This document shows, in pieces, positions 45,201 to 58,030 of a DNA stretch of 64,000 nt. A program made the translations under genes and the position numbers. Location: the NCBI RefSeq assembly GCF_001194135.2, contig NC_068985.1:32285204-32349203 (forward strand), in the 5' to 3' direction. Under the pieces are notes generated by a model. The model saw only the letters and a program-made list of their open reading frames with translations, did not search any database and was not told the DNA's origin. The first letter of the stretch is position 1. Each line of letters starts with the position of its first letter. The DNA is from Octopus bimaculoides (Eukaryota).

Positions 45201-45713
45201 AAACTACAAACTCAGAGGAAGAAACTTTATGTTTGGAGATGAGAGGGCAAAAGATGGATAAAAGTACAAGGGAATGGGCCAAAACAGAAATAAGTTTCTT
45301 GCTATAGAGGAGCTACATAACTACTCATATTTTAGAAGAAAGGATGGGAGTAATCAAGTGGAGCCAGAGTGTAATGAGGTGCAGTAGATGACTGACAGCG
45401 CTGAGCAGCAGAACAGTAAAAATAAAACAGTAGACAGGAGGATGAGAGAAGCATGATGTTAGGTAGGGTGCAGGAGTGGGTGGGAAAGAAAGAAGTGGCT
45501 ATAGCGCTTGAGGAGGGTGAGAGATGTGGTAGGGGAGAAAGTTGTTAAGTAGGAGTGTTAGTGGAGATAACATTATTAATGGATGAAGAGAGGATAGCAA
45601 GTGAAATAGTCCTGCACAGTAAAAAAGTAAGAGGTATAAAGAAAGAGCTGCATTTAGGGAGGTGGTGAGTGAAGAGTGTCTTGAGGTGGAAGGGAATTGA
45701 GTGATGAGCCCAG

Positions 45714-45781
<68 letters not shown>

Positions 45782-45789
45782 ATGCTGTT

Positions 45790-45975
45790 TGACCAGAACT
45801 TCGTTTTGGCCAAGGTGGACAAGTTGTCTTCAGAACTACATATCACTAATCAGTTCTGTTATTTGCCCTCACCATCCATGAGGTTCAAGGTTCAGAGATC
45901 AACCTTCAGCACTTCATCCCATATCTTTCTAGGTCTCCCTCTCCTACAAGGTCTATCCACATAAAGTGATCAGCA
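45790..45975 (-). mobile_element. RTE ORF C-terminal fragment
   Basis: Minus frame VDRPCRRGRPRKIWDEVLKVDL. Confidence 0.7.
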
Positions 45976-46349
45976 CAAAATAAAAGATTTTTTTAAGCTT
46001 TAAAATAGTACACCAATTTTTGTGTGAAATAAGTGGAAAGAGCATGTTATTGAAGTAGAGTGACAATTGAAAGCAAAAAGTGAAGGATTTTTGTTGGCAG
46101 ATTATCATTTTTGCTCTCATGTAAAAATATGTGCATTTTTCAGAAGTTATCTAAATGAAAGGAAATGTGATTGTATCCTAAATAGAAGAAATATGCCAAG
46201 GGCCAGAAGTGATATGCTGATGTAGAACAAATGAAAATAGCAATAATGTAAGAAATAATATATGTTTACTTATCCATACTTTAGTCAGACACTCCTAGCA
46301 AGAAAAACCTACAGTTGGAGCCAGCCAAGCATTTGGGCATCCATTAAAA

Positions 46350-46610
46350 CTGCCCTACACCTAAATCAAGGGAATTTACATGGGTAACTGCATATTCATA
46401 TACAAACAGCTTATCTTGGAGACCCCTTCAGTCATGAATGACCATGGAATTGCACCTAGAAAGTTACCCTCCGAGGCACAAATCCGGGCAAGGTTGTTTG
46501 TGAAAGGCCAGCAGTCACTTATGCATACCAGGTCTATCAGACTTTCAAAGAGGTCGAATTGTTGGTACATATATGGCAGGCACTAGCCTAACAAAAACAT
46601 TGAATGGCAC
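46350..46610 (+). mobile_element. Tc1-like transposon 5' fragment
   Basis: SDFQRGRIVGTYMAGTSLTKT resembles the Tc1 N-terminal HTH LSDFQRGQIVGARMAGASVTKT. Confidence 0.55.
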
Positions 46611-47729
46611 TGCCCCCTCATTATATAATGGGGCACCCTCAGATTTAGAAAATACAGTTTACATAAATCTTTCTGCAATATGTTTCTTGAAGCCTGACTG
46701 ACTTTTCTTCTTAAACCAGAATGAAAAATAATTTTAAAACAATAAACCAGATGAACCAAAGAGACTGGTCAAAAATTCCCCAGGGAAATAATAAAATAGA
46801 GGAAGAAGTGATATTGAATGAAAAAAAAAAAGGAAAGCAAAACAAAAAACATCAATGACAACACACACACACACAAACAAGCATATATATTTTTTTATTC
46901 TCTTACAATTTATCAATACTGCTTCTGATCCCATCTACACAAACACCTGTTCTTTATTTAACCTAGACCCTAACTAAATCCTGATCCTAACCTTAAAACC
47001 TTAAATCATACATCTTAACAAGTTACATTTTGATACATCTTTTGAAACAGAGGAGAGTCGGGAAGGCAAAAATGGAAAGCATCTTCGTGTTATCAGCATC
47101 TCTGATATTTAAAACAATTCTGAAAGAATGGTCGTAAAAGGTCAAAAATGAAAAAGTTGCTTGTGTATGAGGGAGAGGAGTAGGATGAAGTGGAGGAAGA
47201 AGAAAAGGAGGGGAGTGGCTTTAAAAAAGTTGAAATTTTGGAAAACTGTTTTTATTGGTATTTTCATCAATCATTAAAACACAATTTTTTTTTTTTATCA
47301 TAGTTTTAAAATACTGACAGTCTGAATCAGTCATATGTTTCTGCTAATAATTCCAAAATAATTTTTGAAATCATTCAAAATCCAAATTCAAAAAATTCAA
47401 AAAAACTTGCACTTGCATATGGTTTGTTATTGATTCTGGATCAAAGCACAGCATATAACTGTTCAGAACTTTTCTTGGTTTTTGGTATTTTCAGAAAATT
47501 TTTTTGTGAATTTATATGTTCTACAAACTATCTCATAAGATTACGATTAAAATTTTTTCATCCCACCCTATAAATCTTTACAAATGCTCAAATTAGACTT
47601 AACCCATATGGACTACAAAGGTTTTGGAAAGATTGCTGGGATTTATCCATAGTGGTTTTAAAAGCATATGTGAAAATCATTTTGATAGTACACTTTTCTG
47701 TTGTTAAATATGATTTTCCTTACATGCAT

Positions 47730-47738
47730 ACACACACA

Positions 47739-47787
<49 letters not shown>
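47730..47787. repeat. (CA)n microsatellite
   Basis: Seen directly. Confidence 0.95.
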
Positions 47788-47792
<5 letters not shown>

Positions 47793-47944
47793 CACTTGGT
47801 GCAGTGGGTGAGTTAAATTACAAAAAAAGGTCTATTTTTTATTTAAATTCTAGCAATGGACTACCGTTAAGCAAAACAAAACCCATGTGTTGCTTCTGCA
47901 TACTCGTTCCATGAAATGTGTTTATGGGGAGAATAATACTGTAA

Positions 47945-49830
47945 TATTGCCACATGACCATACCAGCGCAGTCGTCTCTCTTGCACACCACATTTGATGC
48001 TTCATCAGGGCGCTTACACTCTGTCATGTATGCACATTACATTATACATCCAGTGCAGGATACTGGCTTCATTCCTTGCAAGCTTATGCATGTCCTCAGC
48101 AGTCATGGTCCATGTTGTGCTGCCATGTATCATGGCTGTTTGTACAGATGCGTCATACAGTCCGCCTTTTACTCTGAGCGAGAGGCCCTTTTCGCCAGCA
48201 GAGGTAGGAGCTCTATGAACTTTGCCCAGGCTATTCTTATTCTAGCAGCTACACTTTCATAGTATCCACTCCCGCTACTGACACGGTCACCTAGGTAATG
48301 GAAGCTATCAACTACTTCTAGTTTTTCTCCCTGGAATGTGACAGAAGCTGTTCTTGGCATATTTTCAGTGTTTATTGCTCCTGAGCATTTGCCACATACA
48401 AAAACTATCTTCCCAGGTAGCCTTCTTTTGATATTGTTGCACCTCTTATGTGTCCATAGCTTACACTGGGTACATCTTATGCCTTTTCTACAGGGGATTT
48501 GTGGTTTGTCTGCCTTCCTACTTATTAAGACTTTGGTTTTAGCTAGGTTGACTCTAAGGCCCTCCGATTCTAATCCTTGCTTCCACACCTGAAACTTCTC
48601 CTCTAGTTCTGGTAGTGACTCAGCAATTAGAGCAAGGTCATCAGCATAGAGGAGCTCCCAGGAGCATCCTGTCTTGAATTCTTCTGTTATTGCCTTGAGG
48701 ATTATGATGAGTAAGAGGGGGCTGAGGACTGAACCTTGGTGGACCCCTACTCCTACTCAGAATTCTTCACTGTATTTGTTGCCAACCCTCACCTTACTGA
48801 CAGTGTCCCTGTACATGGCTTACACAGCTCTCACTAACCATTCATCTATCCCAAGTTTCCTCATTGACCACCAGATAAAGGATGGGGGGGGACCCTGTCA
48901 AAGGCTTTCTCCATGTCAATAAAAGCCAGGTGCAGGTGTTTTTCTTTGGCTAGGTATTTCTCCTGCAGCTGTCTTACCAGAAATATAGCATCAGTGGTGC
49001 TTTTCCCTGGCACAAACCCAAACTGCATCGCATCTAGACTGACTCGCTCCCTAATTAGTTGGGCAATGACCCTCTCCATGACCTTCATTACCTGATCCAC
49101 CAACTTGATACCTTTGTAGCAGTTGACTATGGTACTGCTACACCAGTCAGTGAGTATGACTCCTTCATGTATCACCTGATTGACTATACAGGTGACTAGG
49201 CTATAGCCGACACCGCCAGATATTTTGAGCATCTCTGTAGTGATTTCTGATGGGCCGGGGGCTTTCCCTGTCTTCATACCCTTTATTGCTTTATCTACCA
49301 AGGTATTGTCAATTCGGACAGCTGGTCCCTCTGTTGGGTTGGCATTCAGCAGACTCTCTTTCTCCCATTCATTCTCTTTATTGAGCAATCATCCATGCGA
49401 ACACATTTCTCTCCTATGACATCGCGATTCTCTCACACACACTGTCTTGCAACACAAAATACCTCAAGTCTTTGGTCCTCGTGGCGCAGAACATTGGCAA
49501 ATTTTTTCTTATCTGCTTCCCCTTTGGCCAAATAAACGTGTCTTCTCGTTTTCCTTCTAGCAGTCTGATACAGTTCCCTGCTACCAGCATTCTTCCAGTC
49601 CTTCCAAGCCTGTTTCTTTTGTCTAATGGCCCTATCAACAACATTGTTCCTCTACCACGTTACCTTGGGTCAAGAGGGGACTTTGCACCATCCACAGATC
49701 TGGTCAGTGGCCCTCAGCAGGTTGTCCCGTAGAAACCTCGAGTTGTCATCCACATCATGTGATGCTATATCCCCCTGTAGTCAGCAAGAGGGAGTCATAA
49801 AATCAGTCTTTCTGTCCATCAGATAGCCCA
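47945..49830 (-). mobile_element. RTE LINE, degenerate (linker + RT + PHD-like region), truncated at both ends
   Basis: KAIKGMKTGKAPGPS, QFGFVPGKSTTDAIFLVRQLQEKY, AFIDMEKAFDRVP, LLYADDL, LESEGLRVNLAKTKV. Same family as 61787-63669. Confidence 0.92.
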
Positions 49831-49834
49831 CAGT

Positions 49835-50080
49835 TCCCATGCCTTTTGGAAACCTTTTTTCAGGCTCAGAATTGCTGAAGCATGGAATAAACTACCTGCA
49901 TCAGTTGTTAGCTGCCAGGACACTACGTCCTTCAAAACTTCAATGCTTCCAGACATTTGCCAATAGTATACCTGGTGTCCATCCCACCCTCTTTCCTAAC
50001 AACTCATTCACTGTCCATTTCTTGTGCATTATTCCATATACTGTTCATGCACTTTTGGCTACTTGTTTCTGATGAGTTGT
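49835..50080 (+). mobile_element. CR1-clade LINE 3' fragment
   Basis: FFRLRIAEAWNKLPASVVSCQDTTSFK resembles the CR1 RT C-terminus (FFS.RV...WN.LP..VV....FK); followed by a short UTR and (ttg)n. Confidence 0.7.
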
Positions 50081-50142
50081 AGCGCACCTGAGCACTATAC
50101 AATAAGTTCATTGTTGTTGTTATAATTGCGTGTGCGTGTATG

Positions 50143-50178
<36 letters not shown>

Positions 50179-51356
50179 TAACAACTTTGGGCAAATATGT
50201 AAGCTACACTAAAATTCTTACACTTCCAACTTATTTGTTATATGAAAAATACTGTTAACCAACAAATACAACATTCAGTTTGCTTCCTAATTATGCTGTT
50301 TGCTATAGGTAAAAAGGGAAAATTCAATTCTTCTCAAAAAATCTTTTTCCATCAGTTTATAGAAAATCTTGAGCGTAATGTAAGTAGATTAAAATCTAAG
50401 CTCTCCTAGTTTCAGTAAATCATTTGGAAGATATACTCTTATTAATATTCTTGTATATTTTGAACCCAAAGGCGGATTTTGGGTTCAGCTCAGCGATTTC
50501 ACATATGTTTATACGCCGGTTTTACCGTATTCTTAATGTGTATAAATATAAATATAAATTGAGTTAGTGATACATATCATATTTATTTGTAGCTTGGACA
50601 AGTCTATTGAAAGGTAAGAATTGTGATTCCATGCAGAGCTCTATGACAGTGTGCAATAAGTTTAATACATTTCATTCTGTTACTTCTTCAAATTATGAAC
50701 ACTGACTTTGAAAGATAGCGATGTCTTGAACAAGGGAAGTAAATCTCATTATATCTAAATTATGTCCCTTCCGCTAATATTCTTCGAATTAAAGCTATTT
50801 GAGTATTATTAGAATTACAATAACTGAAATTTAAAATACAGGACTTAGAACTACATGAGTCATGACATCAAACGTTTAAAACAACATGATGTTGTTCTCC
50901 TGAACAGGATCACGACTCTGCTTTCCTCATCCTGCCTGACTAATTAGATTTTCTATTTATAATTCACAAAATTAATGACATGCACATCTAACTGGACAAA
51001 ACAACAGATCCAATACATCTAAATATACAATTTTGAAAAAAAAAGGTAATAAAAATAATCTTTCCTATTAATATGTAACTGGAAAAAAACCCCAAAAAAC
51101 TATAGAACATTTTACAGATTCTATCCAGATTATTTCATTAGCTATTTGTTTATATAAATTGAAAAATTATAATTTTAATAGATAGATAACTGATTTAAAA
51201 CGTCAGTATACTAAATTTAAAGAATTGCAAACATTATTTTTCTACACTTGAAAGGAAACACATTAAAGTTGGCATAGAAATATCTATGTAAATAAGCTCT
51301 AAGGGGAAAATAATTTAAAATCAAAATGAGAGAATCACTTGATCCTCTGCAAAATT

Positions 51357-51620
51357 CATCATTGTCATTGCTATCATCATTTTAATGTCCAATTTTTGAA
51401 GCTTACATGGGTTGCACGGAGTATATTTCAGCTGATTTTCTACAGATGAATTCCTTTCTTGTCACCAACCCTCAAATGTTTACAAGCAAGGTTATACTTC
51501 CTCATGCCCAGACATGTCCTCACAAAATATTTGAAATGAATGACACTGCCAGCATTACAGTGACACTTATTTACAACTATCACATGATGTCAAGACAAGG
51601 AGCACAAATTTACATGCACT
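51357..51620 (-). mobile_element. SINE family B 3' half, antisense
   Basis: Reverse complement of the body and tail at 29035-29254. Confidence 0.7.
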
Positions 51621-51844
51621 CAAATGCACGTCTGTCCTTCTGTCTGTCTATCTATTTACCTGTCTACCTATCTATCTATATTAATTGAAATGTACACTAT
51701 CATATGTCCATTACAGCCAATCTTATCTATCAGCTTTGTGCCAGGGATTCAACAGACTATTGGGTAACAGTCTGATTATGTAACCCTGTCCTCTTCAGAG
51801 GCAGCCATTATGGAATGAAGTATGATGACTGATGATGATGATGC

Positions 51845-54350
51845 TGGGGTCTCTTTCCACTAACAAGTTCCCCATATAGCATCTGTTTAAGGATTCTGCT
51901 ATTCTTCATTCTAATAAGGTGTGCAGTCCAACATAACCGGTGCTTGTGCACCATCGCCCCAATACTCAAGATATCAGCTTTCTTCAGGACCTGTGTGTCT
52001 GGAGTTTTTAAGGTCCAGTCAACATTCAGAATGTGTCTCAGACATCTCTGATGAAAGTGTTCAAGGACCTTTACATGATGTTTGTAAAGGGCCCATGTCT
52101 CATATGATTAAAGGAGTGATGTCAGTACACATGGACAGTACACAGCAATTTTTGTTTGTTTTGTGATGCCATGCTGGGACCAGACACAAGACTGAAGAGA
52201 CTGGAAGGAATCAGTTGCTCTCTGCAGCCTGAAAGATATTTCCTCATCCAAGGAGCAAGAACAGCTGAGTGTGCTGCCCAGGCAGACAAACATGTCTACC
52301 ACTTTCAGTATTGTTCCTTCGACCAAGATAGTTGGTTCCACATATGGATTTCCTGGTGCAGACTGGAACATTACAACAGTCTTGTCCAGACCAATGCTGA
52401 ATCCAAAAGCCTTGCAAGAAGCAGAAATATGATTCATAAGTATTTGCATGTCATCCTCTGTATGAGTGACTAAGTCACAGTCATCTGCATAAAGGAGGTC
52501 ATGAATAAGAGACTGGAAAACTTTTGAATTGGCGGCAAATTGGTGCAGATTAAAGAAATGGCCTGAAGATCGATACTTGACATATATTCCCAGAGAGCCA
52601 ACTTTAGGAAAAAGCATGAGTAAAAGCAGCTGCAAAGTACAAAGGAAAGTGAGTTGGGGCAAGGAAGTCATCCTGCTTGACACTTTTCCCTACAGGAATC
52701 GGTCCAGCCATGCTACCACTAACATTGACTCAAGCCTCTATCCCATCATGAAATTAATTATTTATAGATTCAAAGTGATCCGGACATCCAAGTTTGCCAA
52801 GTAATTTCCATAGCAAGGTCCTATTCACAGTATCAAAGGCATTGGTTAAATCAATGAATACCTGGACAAGATCCATATTCTGCTCATAGCACTTCTCCTA
52901 CATTTGTCTTGCTGTGAAAATCATATCCATTGTCCCTCTACCAGACTGGAATCCACATTTAGATTCAGATAGGACATCATTTATGAGACATCCATTCAGG
53001 CAGGTAAGAAGAATATTTACCAAAACCTTTCCAGCAGCTGATAGTAGAGCAATACCTCTGTAGTTACCACACATTGTTCTGGTTCCTTTTCCTTTATAGA
53101 GAGGAAGAATAATTGCATCACTCCAGTCTTTAGGCATTGTACCATCCCTCCAGACTACACTAATAAGTTTACGAAGGGACTGTATGATGTAATCACCACC
53201 AAATTGCAAGACCTCGGCACAAATTCCATCCCTTCCAGGTGCCCTACCAAGATTCAATTTACTTATTGCTGTCGTTACCTGATCTATTGAGGGTGTGGAA
53301 TTTAAGGAGCCAATGATAGGTCTTTGTTGCATAGTATCCATCACTGTTTCATCCACAACTGACTCATGGTTTAGGAGTTCAGAGAAGTGTTCAATCCAGC
53401 AACCTGTGATTTCTATTGATTTAGTAAAATGAGTAGAAGACTCCTTGATAAGCAAAGGAGCTGATGCAGAGCTCTTAGGCTCATAAACTTGCTTCATAAG
53501 ATAGTAAAGCTTCTTGCTGTCATTTGCATCAGCAGCAGCCTGAACATCACAAGCAAGATCCTCCCATTAAGTGTTCTGCATCTTCCTGAGAGATCACTGC
53601 AGTAATGATTTTACACTGCTATAGTGGGCAAGTGCTAGATTTTGCTGCACAGCTGAAAGTCCTCTGTACAGCAAATCATTGTGGGCATGACACTTTACAA
53701 CTAATAGTTGCTGAACTTCAGCATCATTTTCATCAAACCTCTCTGTGTCTGGCAGTAGCATATCCCTGTGTTTCAGTAGCATACTGAAGAATCTGGTCTC
53801 AAAAATCTTTCCATACTGTTGTATTTTCAATGCTGGAAAGCAAGTCTGAAGCTCTTTCTTCAACACAGCATCCTATATCTTGTGAACATTCAGATGCCAA
53901 GGAATGCCAACTGCCCATCCCCACTCTCTTTCACGCTAATTATCATTCAGAACTTTGCTTGCACCAGACTGTGGTCTGTCCTGCATTCTGATCCATGCAA
54001 GGACTTGACATTACAAATGTTATAGATTTTATGCTTGCAGATGATGGCATAATCCAGTAAGTGTGAAACCTTAGACCTTGGATGCATCCACATTGTTGTG
54101 TGATCACCTTTGTACATAAAATGAGTGCTTGTGATGTAAGGTCCATGTTCATTGCTAAGCTCCAGTAGCATGAGACCATTGCTATTCATTTCCCAACCAC
54201 CAAAATGTCCTAGAGAGTTCCATGTTTGCCAGTCTGTTCCAACCCTGACATTGAAATCCCCCGATAGAATGACTTTATCAGAATTAGCCAACGATGACCG
54301 AAACTGAATTAGCCAAATGATGGATGAACTAAAACCGCCAGAATTCATAA
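51845..54350 (-). mobile_element. RTE-BovB-type LINE, degenerate (APE + RT)
   Basis: APE: GDFNVRVG, NSNGLMLL, WMHPRSKVSHLLDY, TDH. RT: YRGIALLSAAGK, CGFQSGRGTMDMIFTARQ, LLYADDCDL, LCWTAHLIRM...QMLYGEL. Frameshifted. Confidence 0.9.
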
Positions 54351-54524
54351 TGTTTCTTTCTTAATCGACTGTACTACTTTGTGGAGGAATAGTCTGACTG
54401 TTATTTTTAAAGTTCATTTCTTGCATTACTTGCACAAGTGAACACGCAACATATATTGTATAATGGTATATATGATTTAGTAGTAAAACCAAGGGAGACT
54501 TTAGACCACCACAAAAAATATATG

Positions 54525-54768
54525 TGAGTGTGTGTATGTGTGTGTTTATGTGTGTGTAAATGTGTGTATGTGTGTCTGTGCTTGTTGCCCACCACCACTT
54601 GACAACCGGTGTTGGTTTGTCCTGTCCCTGTAACTAAGTGGTTCATCAAAAGAAACTGATAGAAGAAGTATCAGGTTTTAAAGAAATAAGTACTACAGTC
54701 GATTTGTTCAACTAAAATTCTTCAAGGCAGTGCCCCAGTATAATGACTGAAACAAGTAAAAGATAAAT
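54525..54768 (+). mobile_element. SINE 3' half (ccaccacttgacaaccggtgttgg...gactgaaacaagtaaaaga)
   Basis: Shared with 33620-33832 and 63670-63892. Confidence 0.75.
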
Positions 54769-57700
54769 GATAACAGATGGAGAAGCAGATATAAAATGAT
54801 GTTACTGCCATCTTCTGCTTCTTCTGGTTGTTCAGTGTACAATTGTATACTGAATGCATTCAACTTTGTTGGTGAAGCTAACCATTAAGAAGTACCTACA
54901 AATCCCAAAGGAATAAAGGTAAGCATAAAGCTAGGGACACAGTAGGTCTAGCAAACACCATTTGTTATAAAAATTGCTGTATTGTTTTGTTTGTGACATA
55001 TCCTTGCAATCTGAACTCCTAAAATGAAAGAATTATTTTAGGCTTTTTTATCATTTCTTGTTTGTTCATTCTCTTTGTTCATACTCTCCATACTGTAGCA
55101 TCTATAATGAAAATTAAGAAGCTAAGCATAATCCTTGCTCATAACTCAATGATATTTGCATAAAAATGATTTTAAAAGAAAGAGAAAAGTATAATGAAGT
55201 AATTAAAAAAAACTTAATATCAGAATAAGTGGAAAGCTGACTAAAATTAAATTGTTTGTTTCTCTACAGAGAACATTGCTTTTACATATTAAGTTTCTCT
55301 ATAAAGAACATTACATTTACAAATGAAACAAGTTCTCCTTGTGCAATGGCTCCTTTGAAAGCATTATAATTCATCCAAGATATATTCTCTGCTATTGATA
55401 CAGAAAAGTGTTCCTATTGATATAGGAATGAGAGAAGCTTTGTCAGTAGGGTAGCAGAAGGAATGTACAAACTACAGAACAGATTTGTTAGCAAGGTAAC
55501 AAAAGGAACAATATGATGTTCAGTTGACAATAACTTGAAAAACATTTAATAAAATAACTATGGGTTTTAGATGTTTCTTAAACAATATAGAACATTTTGT
55601 AAGCATAATTTGAAATTCTTTTTCTTTTTTTATGAAGTAACAGCAAGATAAAAAAAAAAATTTTAGTAAAAAATGATGTCACATACCACAAAGAAAATTA
55701 GTTTATGCATAAGAATATATATTTAGTTTTGTTTTAAAATATTCTTGGTGGGCTAAACTGTTGGAAATATATCTAGGTCAGACAAAGAACCTCAATTTTA
55801 AACCAAGTCTCATTCAAGACCATATAGGCATAAAACATTGTAGATGTTTGGAATTAATTATAAGTGGTATACATTTGACAGCTATAGACAACAAAATTAT
55901 GATTGTAATTTTTGATTGTAATAATTTTGATTAAAAATGATAGGGATGGATCTGAAAAATGAATTAGGAACTGACCTCTTTCAGCAGTACTTACCATTTT
56001 GATACTTGACAATCCCTCTTGTTGAGACAGTGTGTGATTATGAAATATAGTAGTATACATTAAGTAGTATTGTACAATTTATATTAGTGTATAATGTTAC
56101 ATAAATGAATTAAAGTGAAATTTGCAACACTCACTAATATAGAATTGAGGGAAATAAATGATAATTTAGCATTTATGTAAACATAAAGATATCTGCTCTG
56201 AAATATTTATTTCATAGAAAATAAATTTGTAATATTAACTGTCCAATCCTTTTTTTTTTTTTTTTAGTGATTTCATTTTTATTTTATTTTGAATGGAGAT
56301 TACTGATTTTGTATTTTTTTAAAAGACTCTGCAGACAGGAATTCTCAGCATAAATGTTCATCAGCTAATCAAATCCCATTTGGGTTAAGTGTGTTTTAAT
56401 TTATGAAATAAAAATTGCCAATTGTATATTTTATTATATTTTGACTTGAGGACAAAACCAGATTGTTATGTTGTTCTAGATTGCTGAATCATTATTCTGA
56501 GTTAAAATACTGGATGAACAATTAAGATCTTCATTCCTTGGAAATTGATAAAACAATAGAAATATCTACCCAAAACAATAGAAATATCATCAATGAACAT
56601 ATTAAGTCCTTAAAAGTAAGCAAACACACCCACATTTCACAGTAATTGATCCAAAATACTTGAAAGATCCCCGCATTGAACCTAGATATCATTCCTATTA
56701 ATCAACATAAGAAGTATACACACATATGCAAACATGTAACCCCCCCCCCACACACACACACACAGTGTGAGATCACAGAAGATGCTTGGACAAGTGATAT
56801 GCATTCTGAAAAAGGGCTAGTGAGACCCATTCTGAAGAGGAAAACCAGAGGTGAGGTGGACCTCTCATACCTAGCTGAGGACTGTGGAAAAGGACCTTCT
56901 GATCTGGGAGCAGACTCATAACAAGGCTTGTGATTATGCTGGGAGATCTTTTATCAACCAAAGTTCCATTGGGAGCAGGAGGAACTAAGACTAAGATATA
57001 ATATATAGTTTATTTTAGCTAATCCAGTAACTTACTACTCCAGAGTTTTTCTTGGCATATGGTCAGTTCTTCAGATTGGAAAAAACTGGTTGGTGTGGAA
57101 GGACCTTCTCCTGTGATGATAGAGAGTGATGAGAGCATACAAGTGTTTAATTCGCGTACAGGTTGATTTTAGTTGATGTCAATAAAAAAGAACATGGCAA
57201 GAAGGAAGAGTAGGGCTTATGTATCTAGACAGCACATAAACATGCCTTAGGCCAATCTAGAAAGAAAAAAGAACAAAAATTGAGAAACCAGAGCAGAAGA
57301 AATATGAGGGCTGGATGGACTAGTAAGTTACTTTTTTTCCTCTCACACATACACGCACACATATAATAGAGTGGCAGTATATGATCACAGATACTGCTGC
57401 AGTCTTGTTCTGCTCTGAGATAGCTTAATTTATGTATTATGATACAGTGTACACCCATAACATCACATTGCATTCTGTAAAGACTATTGCATCCCTAACA
57501 TTTGAATTTAGTGCTGTAATGTGTCTACACCCTTACCTCCTCGTCTCCAGTTCACCTTTCAAGTTAGTCACTTGCCACTTAGCTGGTTTAACTGTATGTA
57601 ATATGTGCATGTATGATTACATGTATGTATGTAAGAGAAGAGCAGTCATTTACAAACCTTTCCCTCCTCATTCTTCTCATTCTCATTCTCTTTCTTTTTT

Positions 57701-57804
57701 TTCTTTTTCTTTTCTCCTCTTGGCACAATCCTCTTCTCACACTCTCCCCTCTTCCCTCTTCAGTCCATCTTTCCAACTGCTATTTAACAACTTGTCACTC
57801 TGTT

Positions 57805-58030
57805 GGTGTGTGTGTGTGTGTGTGTGTGCATAAGTATGTGTGTGTGTGTGTGCATAAGTATGTGTGTGTGTGTGCATGTGTATATGTATGAAGATCAGAA
57901 ATCTCCTACTAGTCCTTCCTACCCTCATCTTCGTTTTTTCTTTCTAGACTGACCTAATGCACATATGTGTGTGTATGCGTGCATGCGTGCATGTGTGTGT
58001 GTGTGTGTGTGTGTGAGAGTGAGTGTGTGC
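57805..58030. repeat. Compound (TG)n/TGCA tract
   Basis: Seen directly. Confidence 0.85.

Noticed and set aside
47100-47710. Possible Helentron-associated element body
   Set aside because: No diagnostic termini identified.
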